DNA from: an uncultured virus (IMG/VR IMGVR_UViG_3300025413_000017)
Lineage: Duplodnaviria > Heunggongvirae > Uroviricota > Caudoviricetes
Reading direction: 5' to 3' (one strand)
Virus record (IMG/VR): IMGVR_UViG_3300025413_000017
Location: 54,654 to 74,653 of that record
Length of the DNA: 20,000 nt
Shown here: positions 1 to 8,613 of the stretch, piece after piece
How positions within the stretch are numbered: the stretch's first letter is position 1
How the letters are laid out: the number at the start of each line of letters is the position of its first letter
The notes under the pieces: model-generated
Database searches by the model: none
Told to the model about the DNA's origin: nothing
What the model saw: only the letters and a program-made list of their open reading frames with translations
Program-made: the position numbers and the translations under genes

Positions 1-869
1 TTGGCATTACCACTACCAGGAGCTGTACCACCTTGCCAATAAACTTGCCCTGAACTTATTACAACATTATCAATAGAAATAGGACTACTACCAAGAAGTC
101 CACTTGTTGTTGCATAAGCTGGAGAACCTTGCTTGGTTAATATAGTAGTAGTAATTGCTGTACCAGTAGTTAAAGTAGGGCCAAGGTTACCACTTGAAGT
201 AATATTTAAATTAAATGTTCCAGTTGCTGCAGAACTATAATACCAAACACTGCCTGAGCTAGTTGAAATTGTAGTTGTTCCATTTACTCCTGCATTAACA
301 ACATTAATCTTTTCATACCCTGCTTGTAAAATTGGATTGACAAGTGTAGAATTTGTATTTAAAGTTCCACTTGTTGTACCACCACGAATACTACCATTGG
401 ATATAATAGGATAAGAAATAACAGTTCCAGAAGAAACTGTAGCATTCCCATAAGATATTCCTGTACCATTAGATACTAATGCTTGACCACTGGAGGTAGT
501 AACGTTGAGTAAAGTTTGACTTACTAGTAGATTGGCTTCCGTTAAATCTACTGCTGTTAAGATAGGAACAGCACTTACACCAGCAAGTTGCAATTGTGCA
601 GTTGTTCCATCAATACCTCTACTTACTCCACTAATAGTTACTGAGCCAGAAGCCCAGTTATAAGACCCGGCAGGACAATATATCTTTTCTTCAGTGGTTT
701 GGCCATAATTGAGGGCAAGGTTAAAACCCCCAGATGTACCAAGGTTATTCCAGGCACTTGTAGTACCGGTAATTGTAATTGTAGTTACACCAGATGCTAC
801 ACCAGTAAAAAGAGTCCCGGCTGGGGCTCCTCCTACATAGGTGTTCTGGCTATATGATGTCCGTGGCAT
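1..869 (-). CDS. Tail fibre / virion structural protein, partial (runs off left edge; not in ORF track)
   Basis: ATG at 869 follows GAAGGA-N5. The frame is open to the window edge: MPRTSYSQNTYVGGAPAGTLFTGVASGVTTITITG...EEKIYC...VSRGIDGTTAQ...YWQGGTAPGSGNA. It is Thr/Gly/Ser-rich, carries RG-x-x-G-T and WxGGxxP motifs typical of phage tail/fibre proteins, and lies downstream of the capsid module. Confidence 0.7.
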   Translation of the reverse strand, partial: MPRTSYSQNTYVGGAPAGTLFTGVASGVTTITITGTTSAWNNLGTSGGFNLALNYGQTTEEKIYCPAGSYNWASGSVTISGVSRGIDGTTAQLQLAGVSAVPILTAVDLTEANLLVSQTLLNVTTSSGQALVSNGTGISYGNATVSSGTVISYPIISNGSIRGGTTSGTLNTNSTLVNPILQAGYEKINVVNAGVNGTTTISTSSGSVWYYSSAATGTFNLNITSSGNLGPTLTTGTAITTTILTKQGSPAYATTSGLLGSSPISIDNVVISSGQVYWQGGTAPGSGNA

Positions 870-903
870 GATTATCCTTCAGGCTAGCTAGTAGCCAAGT
901 AAA

Positions 904-1449
904 TCAAGCAGGGTACGGAGCAGACTGCCAGGTAGGTGTGATTGAAAGTGAGTCACCAGAAGCAAGAGTAACTGTTCCAAGGTCTGCAAATGGTGCATAC
1001 CAAAGTACAACTGCAGGGATTGGTGAAGCTGCTGGGTTACTTGCTGAACCAACACCACTCATGGTTGCAATGAAGATACCGTTGATGTTAGCCCAAGTTC
1101 CACTCTGGCAGGTAAAGGTCTGTGCTGAACCGTAAGTACTCTGTTGAACGTTAATAGTGTTAGCACCGATAACTGTAGTACCGGCAGTTGGAGCACCCCA
1201 AGTACCAGAAGCAAGGAAGGCACGTGAGTAACCAATACCTGAAACAGCAGCCAACTCGGTTACAGGGTATGTACCTGAGTTAAGTGTAATGTTAGTATTA
1301 GCAGTACCATACCCTTGAACAGTACCCCATGAGGTAGTGAAAAGACCAAGGTAAGTACCTGAAGTTACAGCCTGTGAACCTCTAGGGACAATATTAAGAA
1401 GGAAGTTAAGTCCTTCTTGTGGGAATACGTAGTTTGATGAGGAAGCCAT
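904..1449 (-). CDS. Tail/baseplate-associated structural protein (181 aa)
   Basis: AGAAAGG RBS upstream. The pattern YLGLFT...TEL...GYSR...W...TF...GIFI...LWY...GDSLSIT is recognisable as a widespread phage tail-fibre-associated family (recalled, not searched). Confidence 0.65.
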   Translation of the reverse strand: MASSSNYVFPQEGLNFLLNIVPRGSQAVTSGTYLGLFTTSWGTVQGYGTANTNITLNSGTYPVTELAAVSGIGYSRAFLASGTWGAPTAGTTVIGANTINVQQSTYGSAQTFTCQSGTWANINGIFIATMSGVGSASNPAASPIPAVVLWYAPFADLGTVTLASGDSLSITPTWQSAPYPA

Positions 1450-1463
1450 CTTTTAACCTTTCT

Positions 1464-2063
1464 TTACTGAAATTGTATATCTATAGTGAATTGAATAGTG
1501 TCACCGGCACTCAAACTAAGTCCAACAAAGTTAGTCTTAGCAATCATTCCACTACCTTGAGTAATCCAAGTAGTCGCTGGAATGCTGGTTAATGCTGTTG
1601 AACCATTTTGCCCTCTAAGTACATAAAGAGTTTGATAGTTGTCTCCACTAACTACTGTCATTACTTCTGATGCAACTTGAATATTAAAAGGATATTGAGT
1701 TGGCCAGTTGTAGTAGTTACTTGGATAAATAAAACTTTGGGAGTTTGAATTAACCTGTTGTGTTAGTTGCCCTTGGATAGGAGCTGTAAAACCAGTAAAG
1801 AGTCCAAGGTTAGTTAGAGTTTGTGTTGCTGAACTTGAAAAAAGTCCTACCCATTGGTAGGTATCTCCACTAGTGGTTGTAGTAACTTGACTAACATTAC
1901 CACCAGTTCGAGCTTGTACTTCTTCAAATAAAGCTACATCAGTAGCACTTGCTGTACCACTTGCAACTCCGACTCCAAGCCAGGGAGCATTTGCTCCGGC
2001 AGTTCCAGAAACTAAAGCTCGTACGATTGAACTTCTCGTACTTGCTGTTATTGTTCCTGCCAT
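1464..2063 (-). CDS. Tail-collar/fibre-attachment-like structural protein (199 aa) with an inserted RG-x-x-G module
   Basis: AAGGA RBS. The pattern WLGVG...TDVALFEE...R...NLGLF...GDTIQFTIDIQF resembles the N-terminal tail-collar domain of myovirus tail fibres. The internal segment EVMTV...VLRGQNGSTA resembles the motif in the 1-869 protein. Confidence 0.6.
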   Translation of the reverse strand: MAGTITASTRSSIVRALVSGTAGANAPWLGVGVASGTASATDVALFEEVQARTGGNVSQVTTTTSGDTYQWVGLFSSSATQTLTNLGLFTGFTAPIQGQLTQQVNSNSQSFIYPSNYYNWPTQYPFNIQVASEVMTVVSGDNYQTLYVLRGQNGSTALTSIPATTWITQGSGMIAKTNFVGLSLSAGDTIQFTIDIQFQ

Positions 2064-2188
2064 TCTGGTTCCTTAGACTCATCAGCTGATGTCAAGAGAA
2101 GTTCCCCCATATCTTCCCTTGACCCATCTGCTTTAATTTTTGTAACTCTCACCGTTAGCTTAGTACTAACTGGATTAATTCCATCCAT
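2048..2188 (-). CDS. Small hypothetical protein (46 aa; below ORF-track cutoff)
   Basis: ATG at 2188, TAA at 2048-2050. Translation: MDGINPVSTKLTVRVTKIKADGSREDMGELLLTSADESKEPEWQEQ. It fills the gap between two genes and overlaps the next start codon. Confidence 0.6.
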   Translation of the reverse strand: MDGINPVSTKLTVRVTKIKADGSREDMGELLLTSADESKEPEWQEQ

Positions 2189-2194
2189 ATTAAA

Positions 2195-2905
2195 TTAGCA
2201 CTGCTGTTGCTTAGTGTTCTTTTGCTTAGTCTGGTTAAGGTTGCTTTGGTAAACATTAAAGTAACCAGTCAACTGTTGAGTCTCAAGTCCACCATCAGGA
2301 CCGTTACCGGTACGAATCTGGCGAACTTGTTGTTGAACAATTGTAGTGGTGTCTTGAACTACTGCACCGTTACCAATAACTTGATAAGCGTGTACTGTTG
2401 CGTCATCAATCCAAGTTGGAACAGCGTTAGGTGTTCCGTAGTAGTTAGGATAAGCAGTTGTTCCACTTGCAGTTGTAATGTTAATGTTAGTTGCAGTAGC
2501 AGTTGAACCACTTGTACTAAGTACAGGAAGAGCAGCACCAGTTGCACTAGAGAATACAATTTGTGTAGTTGTCTGTCCAAGAAGTTGAGCAGTGTTACTA
2601 CTAGATCCAGCAGCAATTACTGAAAAGGCAATTGTACTAGGAATAACAGCTTGAAGACCACTAACAAGTGCACCAACAGTTGAGTTACCTGTAAGTCCTG
2701 CAGTATTGAAAGTTGTTCCACCAACACTACCTGAAATGGTAAATGCAGTAGTAAGGTCAGTTACTACAAGCTTGTAAAGTCCACTAGGTGTAGTTGCAGC
2801 ATTAATAATCTGCAATGGGTTTGGCATGTAAGATGTAGCAGCAGAATTTTGACGAATCGTCTGCTTCGTTAGCTGCTCAGATGTTACGTTTGGTGTTGTA
2901 GCCAT
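2195..2905 (-). CDS. Putative virion structural protein (236 aa, Thr/Gln-rich)
   Basis: Long ORF with a TAATG stop/start overlap with the upstream gene. Composition and position are typical of a structural protein. Confidence 0.65.
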   Translation of the reverse strand: MATTPNVTSEQLTKQTIRQNSAATSYMPNPLQIINAATTPSGLYKLVVTDLTTAFTISGSVGGTTFNTAGLTGNSTVGALVSGLQAVIPSTIAFSVIAAGSSSNTAQLLGQTTTQIVFSSATGAALPVLSTSGSTATATNINITTASGTTAYPNYYGTPNAVPTWIDDATVHAYQVIGNGAVVQDTTTIVQQQVRQIRTGNGPDGGLETQQLTGYFNVYQSNLNQTKQKNTKQQQC

Positions 2906-3180
2906 TATAGTCCGCTTCCTTCTCTACGTGAGTTGTATTGTCCGCTTTGGAAAACAAAGCCATTGTTATTTGTACCCATGTATCCATTACCAGAAACTGT
3001 AGGTGTAGCGTATCCGTTACTTACAGCACCTGGGAAGGTTTGGGGTAGGAATGGGTAGTACCAGCCTAGACTTGTTTGTGTCTGTGTATTAAGTGCTCCT
3101 GAAGGAACAATAATAGTTAGTGGTTCTGTTGAAACGGAAGAATCCAGTCCCAACTGTGGGGTCGACTTTTCTTCGCTCAT
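2905..3180 (-). CDS. Hypothetical protein (91 aa)
   Basis: Strong TAAGGAG RBS just before the ATG. It is translationally coupled to the next gene. Confidence 0.7.
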   Translation of the reverse strand: MSEEKSTPQLGLDSSVSTEPLTIIVPSGALNTQTQTSLGWYYPFLPQTFPGAVSNGYATPTVSGNGYMGTNNNGFVFQSGQYNSRREGSGL

Positions 3181-3193
3181 TTAAGCTCCTTAT

Positions 3194-3224
3194 AGACGGG
3201 AACTGAACTCCCGTTTTTTATTTT
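3194..3224 (+). terminator. Intergenic stem-loop with a U-tract on the + (antisense) strand
   Basis: AGACGGGA-ACTGAAC-TCCCGTTT is followed by TTTATTTT on the + strand. On the - strand the same hairpin sits immediately 5' of the RBS of 2905-3180. Confidence 0.45.
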
Positions 3225-3772
3225 AGATTTGTGGGTCTGTTAGACTCGCCCCAAATTTGTTGAGGTGTCATAGATGGTCCCTTTGGCTCTGCCTCATCTG
3301 GTAGGTCAATCTTGTACATACCATTATTTTCTGAAGCATTATCGCCAAGACTTTCCATCAGGTGACTGAGGTGGTCATCTTGTTCATTGGACTCTTCGGC
3401 CAATTCATTGATTCTAGTTATTGCTTCTTCATCATTCAAGAAACGGATACGACCTCTTTGTACAGCTCTTAGAACAAAAGGGTCACGTCTCAACTCTTCA
3501 GTAATGGTTTGAACACTTCCGTGAATACCATGTGCCAATAGTTTAAACGAGCCCTTAGGACTTGAAAAATTAGTAGCCGAAGGCATCAAATTTTCAATCC
3601 AAGAACCAGTGTTAATGCTCTCCAATCCCTTGGTAGAGAATGAAGGTGTAACACGAGCAGCAGATAGATCCACTGGATCTGCCTTGTGCTCTACATAAAT
3701 GCCATCGTCAAATGGGACATTTACAGGGGTACTATTTCCGTTATCTCCGGAACGTGATACAGTTTTAGCCAT
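3218..3772 (-). CDS. Hypothetical protein immediately downstream of the major capsid gene (184 aa)
   Basis: AAGGAGAAG RBS and a clean ORF. Position suggests a head-completion or assembly role (inference only). Confidence 0.7.
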   Translation of the reverse strand: MAKTVSRSGDNGNSTPVNVPFDDGIYVEHKADPVDLSAARVTPSFSTKGLESINTGSWIENLMPSATNFSSPKGSFKLLAHGIHGSVQTITEELRRDPFVLRAVQRGRIRFLNDEEAITRINELAEESNEQDDHLSHLMESLGDNASENNGMYKIDLPDEAEPKGPSMTPQQIWGESNRPTNLK

Positions 3773-3852
3773 TTTACTTCTCCTTGTTTCAAGGCAATTT
3801 ACATATTTTGTAAACTGCTAACAGATCTAGGAAATCAGAATCTGCGAGGGGT

Positions 3853-3895
3853 GGGTAGGAGCCAGAAGGCGGTGGAGGGCATCTGACCCCTACCC
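3853..3895 (-). terminator. Strong 14-bp RNA hairpin just after the major capsid stop codon (terminator or mRNA stabiliser)
   Basis: On the - strand, GGGTAGGGGTCAGA-N15-TCTGGCTCCTACCC pairs over 14 bp using two G:U wobbles that work only on this strand. No adjacent U-tract. Confidence 0.65.
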
Positions 3896-3913
3896 GATTT
3901 GTTGCTAAGACAA

Positions 3914-4912
3914 TTAAGCCTTAACGATCTTACCAAGTCCGCGTGGGTTGAGAACAATCTCTGATACGAGCTCGTCCATGACCCATCCCTTGTGGAACTT
4001 CTCAGGTGTGTGGTTCTCTTCAACATCGAGTGAGTACATAACTGGGAATACACCGAGGAACTCTGGTGATGGAGTCATGTAAACTGTTCCTTGTGGAACT
4101 TCAATTGAACGTTGAACTTGGAAGCCACCGAATTGAACGATACGCTCACCGGCAACTACACGGTCCTTGAAGGCCCAACCAGTTTGGTTAATGTCCCACT
4201 TGTAAAGGTCACGGTAGTCAATTGGGTTGAACAATAGACGTGAAGCCTCAAGTTGGTGAACTTCAATCAATGCTACGAGGTCGTACATTGAGTCAGGAGT
4301 AATGTATCCTGAAAGTTCATTAACGATGTGGTTAGGTGAAACTGTGTGGTTAGGGTCAACAGCGTAGTTGTTGATAGCAGCTTCAAGAACAGTGATAAGA
4401 CGTGCGTCTTCCTGCATCATGATTGCTTGCTTACTCATGTCCTGAGCATATTCTACGATGTTAACACGAAGGTACCAAAGGTCTTCCTTCTTAATCTGAG
4501 GGAAGGTTGCAATACGGAACAAACGTACTGGAACTTTCTTACCTTCGAATGAAGTTACACGAACTTCTCCTTCGTTTCCAGAAAGAACGTAAGCCTGACC
4601 ATATTCGTCAAGGACATCGTACATAACTGGTACACCAGGTGTTAGTGGATCTTCAAGAAGTACGTTACGGGTCATACCCTGGTAACGAAGCTTAAGCTGG
4701 ATTGGACCAATCATTCCCTGACCAAGACGAACCATGTAGTTGTCCTTGTCAGCAAGAATTGAAGCCAAACGGCGTTGCTTTTCCTGGTTTGTAGCTGCAG
4801 TACGTCCTGTAGCGGTCTTTAGACGGTCCTTTGCCTCGAGAATCTCGGCAACATAGTCGTCAGAGCGCTTGGCAGTGCGTGGAGCCAAGTGTTCGGTGCT
4901 GTATGAACTCAT
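3914..4912 (-). CDS. Major capsid protein (HK97 fold; Bxz1/cluster C myovirus-like), ~332 aa
   Basis: Likely start is ATG 4912 (MSSYST) after AGAAAGGA. The stretch RLGQGMIGPIQLKLRYQGMTRNVLLEDPLTPGVPVMYDVLD...GNEGEVR...FRIATFPQIKKEDL...KQAIMMQED matches my recollection of Bxz1-type capsids. It follows protease, scaffold and decoration genes and has a strong 3' hairpin. Confidence 0.9.
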   Translation of the reverse strand: MSSYSTEHLAPRTAKRSDDYVAEILEAKDRLKTATGRTAATNQEKQRRLASILADKDNYMVRLGQGMIGPIQLKLRYQGMTRNVLLEDPLTPGVPVMYDVLDEYGQAYVLSGNEGEVRVTSFEGKKVPVRLFRIATFPQIKKEDLWYLRVNIVEYAQDMSKQAIMMQEDARLITVLEAAINNYAVDPNHTVSPNHIVNELSGYITPDSMYDLVALIEVHQLEASRLLFNPIDYRDLYKWDINQTGWAFKDRVVAGERIVQFGGFQVQRSIEVPQGTVYMTPSPEFLGVFPVMYSLDVEENHTPEKFHKGWVMDELVSEIVLNPRGLGKIVKA

Positions 4913-4928
4913 TTTAAAAGTTCCTTTC

Positions 4929-5453
4929 TTAGTTAACGCCAACAGGCACTAGGCGGATAACAATTTGGGTTGGCCCAAGAACGTCAATAAGTTCAGCAAC
5001 TGGAGTGGCGTTAGCGTTAGGAGCAGCTGAAGTCAGCATTCCCTTAGCAGAACCTGTACCTGCGTACAAGAATGTACGGGCACCAGTTGTTGATACTGAG
5101 TATGATTGAGTAGTGTCAAAAGCAGGAGCCGTAATGGTGAAGAAAGCATTCTCACCACCGAGCCATACGGCCCAGGCGTTAACTCCAACTTGAGTCACAT
5201 CATCAATGTTTGGGTTGCGGTCCAAGCAACTTAGACCAAATGGCTTTGGACTAGTTGATGCACCTGTAGCCGTGTTTCCATCGAATAGAGCAACAGTGTC
5301 GGGGCCGGTTCTGTAGACGACCATACCCGAGTAAATGTTACCCGTCTCCGAAGGATCCAGGAAAGTGTTGTATGGAGTAGCTTCGTACTTCTCATACAAC
5401 GGACTGCACGTACGGTGCACTCCTACGTTGGCAACAGAGTTTAGCTGTAGCAT
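4929..5453 (-). CDS. Capsid decoration/cement protein (174 aa)
   Basis: Directly upstream of the capsid gene, with a TAAGGAGA RBS. RTCSPLY...ATP...FLDP...GMV...PFGL resembles the Bxz1-type decoration protein (recalled). Confidence 0.7.
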   Translation of the reverse strand: MLQLNSVANVGVHRTCSPLYEKYEATPYNTFLDPSETGNIYSGMVVYRTGPDTVALFDGNTATGASTSPKPFGLSCLDRNPNIDDVTQVGVNAWAVWLGGENAFFTITAPAFDTTQSYSVSTTGARTFLYAGTGSAKGMLTSAAPNANATPVAELIDVLGPTQIVIRLVPVGVN

Positions 5454-5473
5454 ATTTCTTTCTCCTTATGGGA

Positions 5474-6859
5474 TTATTTTAGTGTCATTAGCCAATCGTC
5501 AGCCTGTACGGACTGGCGAGTGACAGTTGAGGCAGTCGTCATACGACCCATCTCGGGCAGGCGGTTTGCACCACTAGCCACTTTTTGGCTCCGGGGCTGA
5601 CGGGCCCCAGACTCTTCGAGCATGTCGAGGCTAGCTTTAAAACCAGCAAGCTTTGCATCTGACATTTGCTCAAACTTTGCAACGTGCTTCATACGGTCAT
5701 CTTCTGTGACCATACCAAGACGCTCAAGACGCTCTACAACCTGTAGTGCATCGAAAATCTTTTCACGACTTGCTTGAACCGAAGCAACAGTGCCTGCATA
5801 TGGGGCAAGTGCTGGGTTAGTTCCATCGTAAGGGAATGGGTTACGGTCATCGTCCGCTTGTGGAGTCTTACCGGTTTCTGAACCATCATTGTAGTAGTTT
5901 ACGTAACCAGCATCTTCGCCGTTTACTTCTTCTGGAACTTCAACGTTGGTAGTGTGGTCAGGAGTAACTGCATCTTGGTAGGTGAAGTGACTTCCTGAAT
6001 CATCAAGGTTACGAACATCTGTGATTTGGAGTGTCTCTTGGTTACCGTTAGTGGCTTCCTTTGGCTTCTTCTTACCGTCACAGTTCTCAGTCTTGCAACC
6101 AGGACCAGAGCACCATTCAGTGCGCTCAGCAAGCTTAGCAGCCTTCTTCTCGGACTTCTTCTTCTTTTTCTTGTCCTTCTTTTCCTTCATTTTTTCTACA
6201 AAATCGTCTTCATCTTTGTCATCCTCATCCTTGTCGTCTGAGTCTTCGTCCTTAGAAGCAAACTTATTGATTTCTTCAAGGTAACCCTCAAGGGCCTGAA
6301 GTTCTTCGTAAGCCTGCTTGTAATCAGCAGTTACGATAAGGTTGTCTTCGATTTCATTTACTAGACCAGCAACTGTACCTACTGAGTAAACTACATCTTG
6401 GTCATTAGAGGCAACACGAGCAAAATCAATTGCTGAAGTTGAGGCTGTGAAAAGGTTTGTGAAGTCGAAGTCAGATTGACTGTCAATAGCGTCACGAATT
6501 TCACGGCTTGCCTTGTAAACATTGTAGAGTGTGTCGTCTAGAGTATCTTCAGTTGAAGCATACATTTCACGACCTTCTGGGTAAACAGCACTTGAACCAG
6601 GACCACCAACAATTTCACCATTTTCGGCTGCATCAAGGTCTTGAACGTTAAGTACACGCTCTGCTGGGGTATTAGCTACCCAATCGGCCATTTCTTCTGC
6701 AGGTGCAGGTGCTTGACTACTTAGACCAAATGGACCATCAAGGTACAAGTTAGTAGTCTGGTCATATGGCATTTGGCGTGGAGTAGTTGAGCCTGGAAGA
6801 CCTCTCTCCTGCCAAGCATTTTCTGCTTCTTTAACAAGTTCATCGTCAAATCGACTCAT
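5474..6859 (-). CDS. Acidic scaffold-like / internal head protein (461 aa)
   Basis: GAGGAG RBS and an ATGA overlap with the upstream gene. Very acidic, with helical segments and a D/E block followed by a poly-K block. Lies between the protease and the decoration/capsid genes. Confidence 0.6.
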   Translation of the reverse strand: MSRFDDELVKEAENAWQERGLPGSTTPRQMPYDQTTNLYLDGPFGLSSQAPAPAEEMADWVANTPAERVLNVQDLDAAENGEIVGGPGSSAVYPEGREMYASTEDTLDDTLYNVYKASREIRDAIDSQSDFDFTNLFTASTSAIDFARVASNDQDVVYSVGTVAGLVNEIEDNLIVTADYKQAYEELQALEGYLEEINKFASKDEDSDDKDEDDKDEDDFVEKMKEKKDKKKKKKSEKKAAKLAERTEWCSGPGCKTENCDGKKKPKEATNGNQETLQITDVRNLDDSGSHFTYQDAVTPDHTTNVEVPEEVNGEDAGYVNYYNDGSETGKTPQADDDRNPFPYDGTNPALAPYAGTVASVQASREKIFDALQVVERLERLGMVTEDDRMKHVAKFEQMSDAKLAGFKASLDMLEESGARQPRSQKVASGANRLPEMGRMTTASTVTRQSVQADDWLMTLK

Positions 6860-7497
6860 TGTTTCTCCTCGTTGGTTTCTTCAGGCTTTTGGCCTTTTTG
6901 ATTTTGAAAGAATTCATCCTGGGCTACTGCCTGGAGTGCATCCTTACCTCTAGTAACCTTATCTGAAGAAGCAACCTGGTCATCATCTAGCATGTTTCCA
7001 ATACTAGCTTTCTTGGTCTTCTTCTTAAGTTTACTTTTTTGTTTCTTTATTTTTTCTTTTACTGAGTGTTCAGCGGAAGGAATAAATCTGTTCTTTTTAT
7101 TTTTAATAAGATCTGGATGTACACCTGTAAAAGAAGGACTTCTGTGATTAAGTTCATCAGGAGGTGTTTCATGTCCACACTGCGGATTTTCGCACTGTAT
7201 ATTGAATCCCCTACGACCACACTTCGGGCACTTCTTTTCTTTTCCTGCTGGTGGAGCCGTAAAGTAATCAGTAAAGGCTAGGCTTTTAAAAGCTGCCTTT
7301 TGTTGAATCCCTTGCGACTCTTGCCACTCTTTGATTGCTTCCATGACTTCTGGACTTACAAAAGCACAGTCTTCACAGATACCACCTCGGTAATTAGTCC
7401 CCTGGCATTGAGGGCAGTCACCTAGCACAGTAATGTTAATTCTTATAACTTCCAAAGCCTCTTTAATGAGGTTTTCAGAAACTTTCATAATTGGCAT
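6856..7497 (-). CDS. Zn-ribbon protein with basic C-terminal region (~213 aa)
   Basis: Likely ATG at 7497 in a TAATG overlap with the protease stop. Two Cys clusters (CPQC...CEDC; CPKC...CENPQC) and a Lys-rich tail. Confidence 0.65.
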   Translation of the reverse strand: MPIMKVSENLIKEALEVIRINITVLGDCPQCQGTNYRGGICEDCAFVSPEVMEAIKEWQESQGIQQKAAFKSLAFTDYFTAPPAGKEKKCPKCGRRGFNIQCENPQCGHETPPDELNHRSPSFTGVHPDLIKNKKNRFIPSAEHSVKEKIKKQKSKLKKKTKKASIGNMLDDDQVASSDKVTRGKDALQAVAQDEFFQNQKGQKPEETNEEKQ

Positions 7498-8165
7498 TAT
7501 TGTACGTACTTCTTTTGTAGCAGCCAAGCAGATTCATCGGCTGGGTCAAATACATAACTCAACTCGAAAAAGTTTGGCTTGTGGCAGTTTTCCCAAACAA
7601 GGCTTTCCACACGCTTGCCTTGCTTGTAAACAACTACCTTGCGACCTTTTAATGCAGGAATGTGAGTACAGTATTCTGCAGGCTTACTTGCATACCTTCC
7701 ACAGGCACTACAAGTTGTACCGGCCACATCTGCACCCATACTTACAGCATTTAATCTATCTTCCATAATGGCCTTTGCCAACTTTGGAAAACTTTGAGCA
7801 TCTACTTCCATAAGGCAATAGACACTAGCATCAACAATTCCACTCGCCAATTTTGTTTCACGATAAATAGCATCCTTGATTACTCCACGAGCTCTCTTTG
7901 GATCTTGATTATTGTGTTCAACAAAAACTGGGCGACCAATAAAGGTCTTGTAACCTTGCTTAATCTCATCTACTGGCCAACCATCATAGTTAGCATTTAC
8001 ACGAGAACTAATAGCACGAGCTACAGTATAGACAAAACCCTTTTTTTCTGAAAACTTAAAGTCATCAAAAGTTACTGGGTGAAGGTCAATACTTTCACGC
8101 TTACCCAAAGCAGATGTGGATGTACCACCCATCAACGTGACTGTAGGAGCGCCGAATTTAATCAT
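7497..8165 (-). CDS. Prohead (capsid maturation) protease
   Basis: Motifs RAISSRVNANYDGWP...TFIGRPVFVEH (catalytic His candidate)...RGVI...AVSMGA (catalytic Ser candidate)...CSAC...YCTH...FFELSYVFDPAD fit the herpes/HK97-type phage protease pattern with an inserted Zn finger. Start ATG 8165 has AAGGT about 10 nt upstream. Confidence 0.85.
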   Translation of the reverse strand: MIKFGAPTVTLMGGTSTSALGKRESIDLHPVTFDDFKFSEKKGFVYTVARAISSRVNANYDGWPVDEIKQGYKTFIGRPVFVEHNNQDPKRARGVIKDAIYRETKLASGIVDASVYCLMEVDAQSFPKLAKAIMEDRLNAVSMGADVAGTTCSACGRYASKPAEYCTHIPALKGRKVVVYKQGKRVESLVWENCHKPNFFELSYVFDPADESAWLLQKKYVQ

Positions 8166-8223
8166 GATATGCATTACCTTGCATAATTAAACAACCCCTT
8201 TACATTGTCCCAAACTAGGGATT

Positions 8224-8613
8224 TTATTGATGTTCATTTCTTCTAGAAAGCAACTCTTTTAATTCACTTAACATTATTTTGTGTTCTTCACTTACACTTA
8301 AGTGATAGGCTGCAAGTTCAGCAGCAATTCGGTCTGCTCTTTTGGCGGCGATGAGAAGGATTGCTCCCTGTAAACCAGCGAGGGTTGAGAGCATAAGGTT
8401 AAGAAGGATAAACGGGTAAACATCGAAAGGGTGATGTGAGTATCCGTTGTAAAGCATCCATGTAATCATTAAAACTACAAATGCAAAGACAAAAGGCCAC
8501 GAACCCATGCCATGACGCATAGCGTCTGCAGCTTTTTCCCCTAATGTTCTATCATTTCCAGACCTAACATGTGGGTGATAATCCCAGTGACTTACTTTTT
8601 TAATCGTCCGCAT
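8224..8613 (-). CDS. DUF1003-family membrane protein (~129 aa)
   Basis: RTLGEKAAD...GSWPFV...W...FDVYPFILLNLMLSTLAGLQGAILLIAAKRAD is the DUF1003 signature, with two TM helices. Likely ATG 8613 after GAAGGT. Confidence 0.8.
   Translation of the reverse strand: MRTIKKVSHWDYHPHVRSGNDRTLGEKAADAMRHGMGSWPFVFAFVVLMITWMLYNGYSHHPFDVYPFILLNLMLSTLAGLQGAILLIAAKRADRIAAELAAYHLSVSEEHKIMLSELKELLSRRNEHQ

Noticed and set aside
3914..4912. Encapsulin/linocin nanocompartment shell
   Set aside because: The portal, prohead protease, decoration and tail genes around it indicate a true phage capsid.
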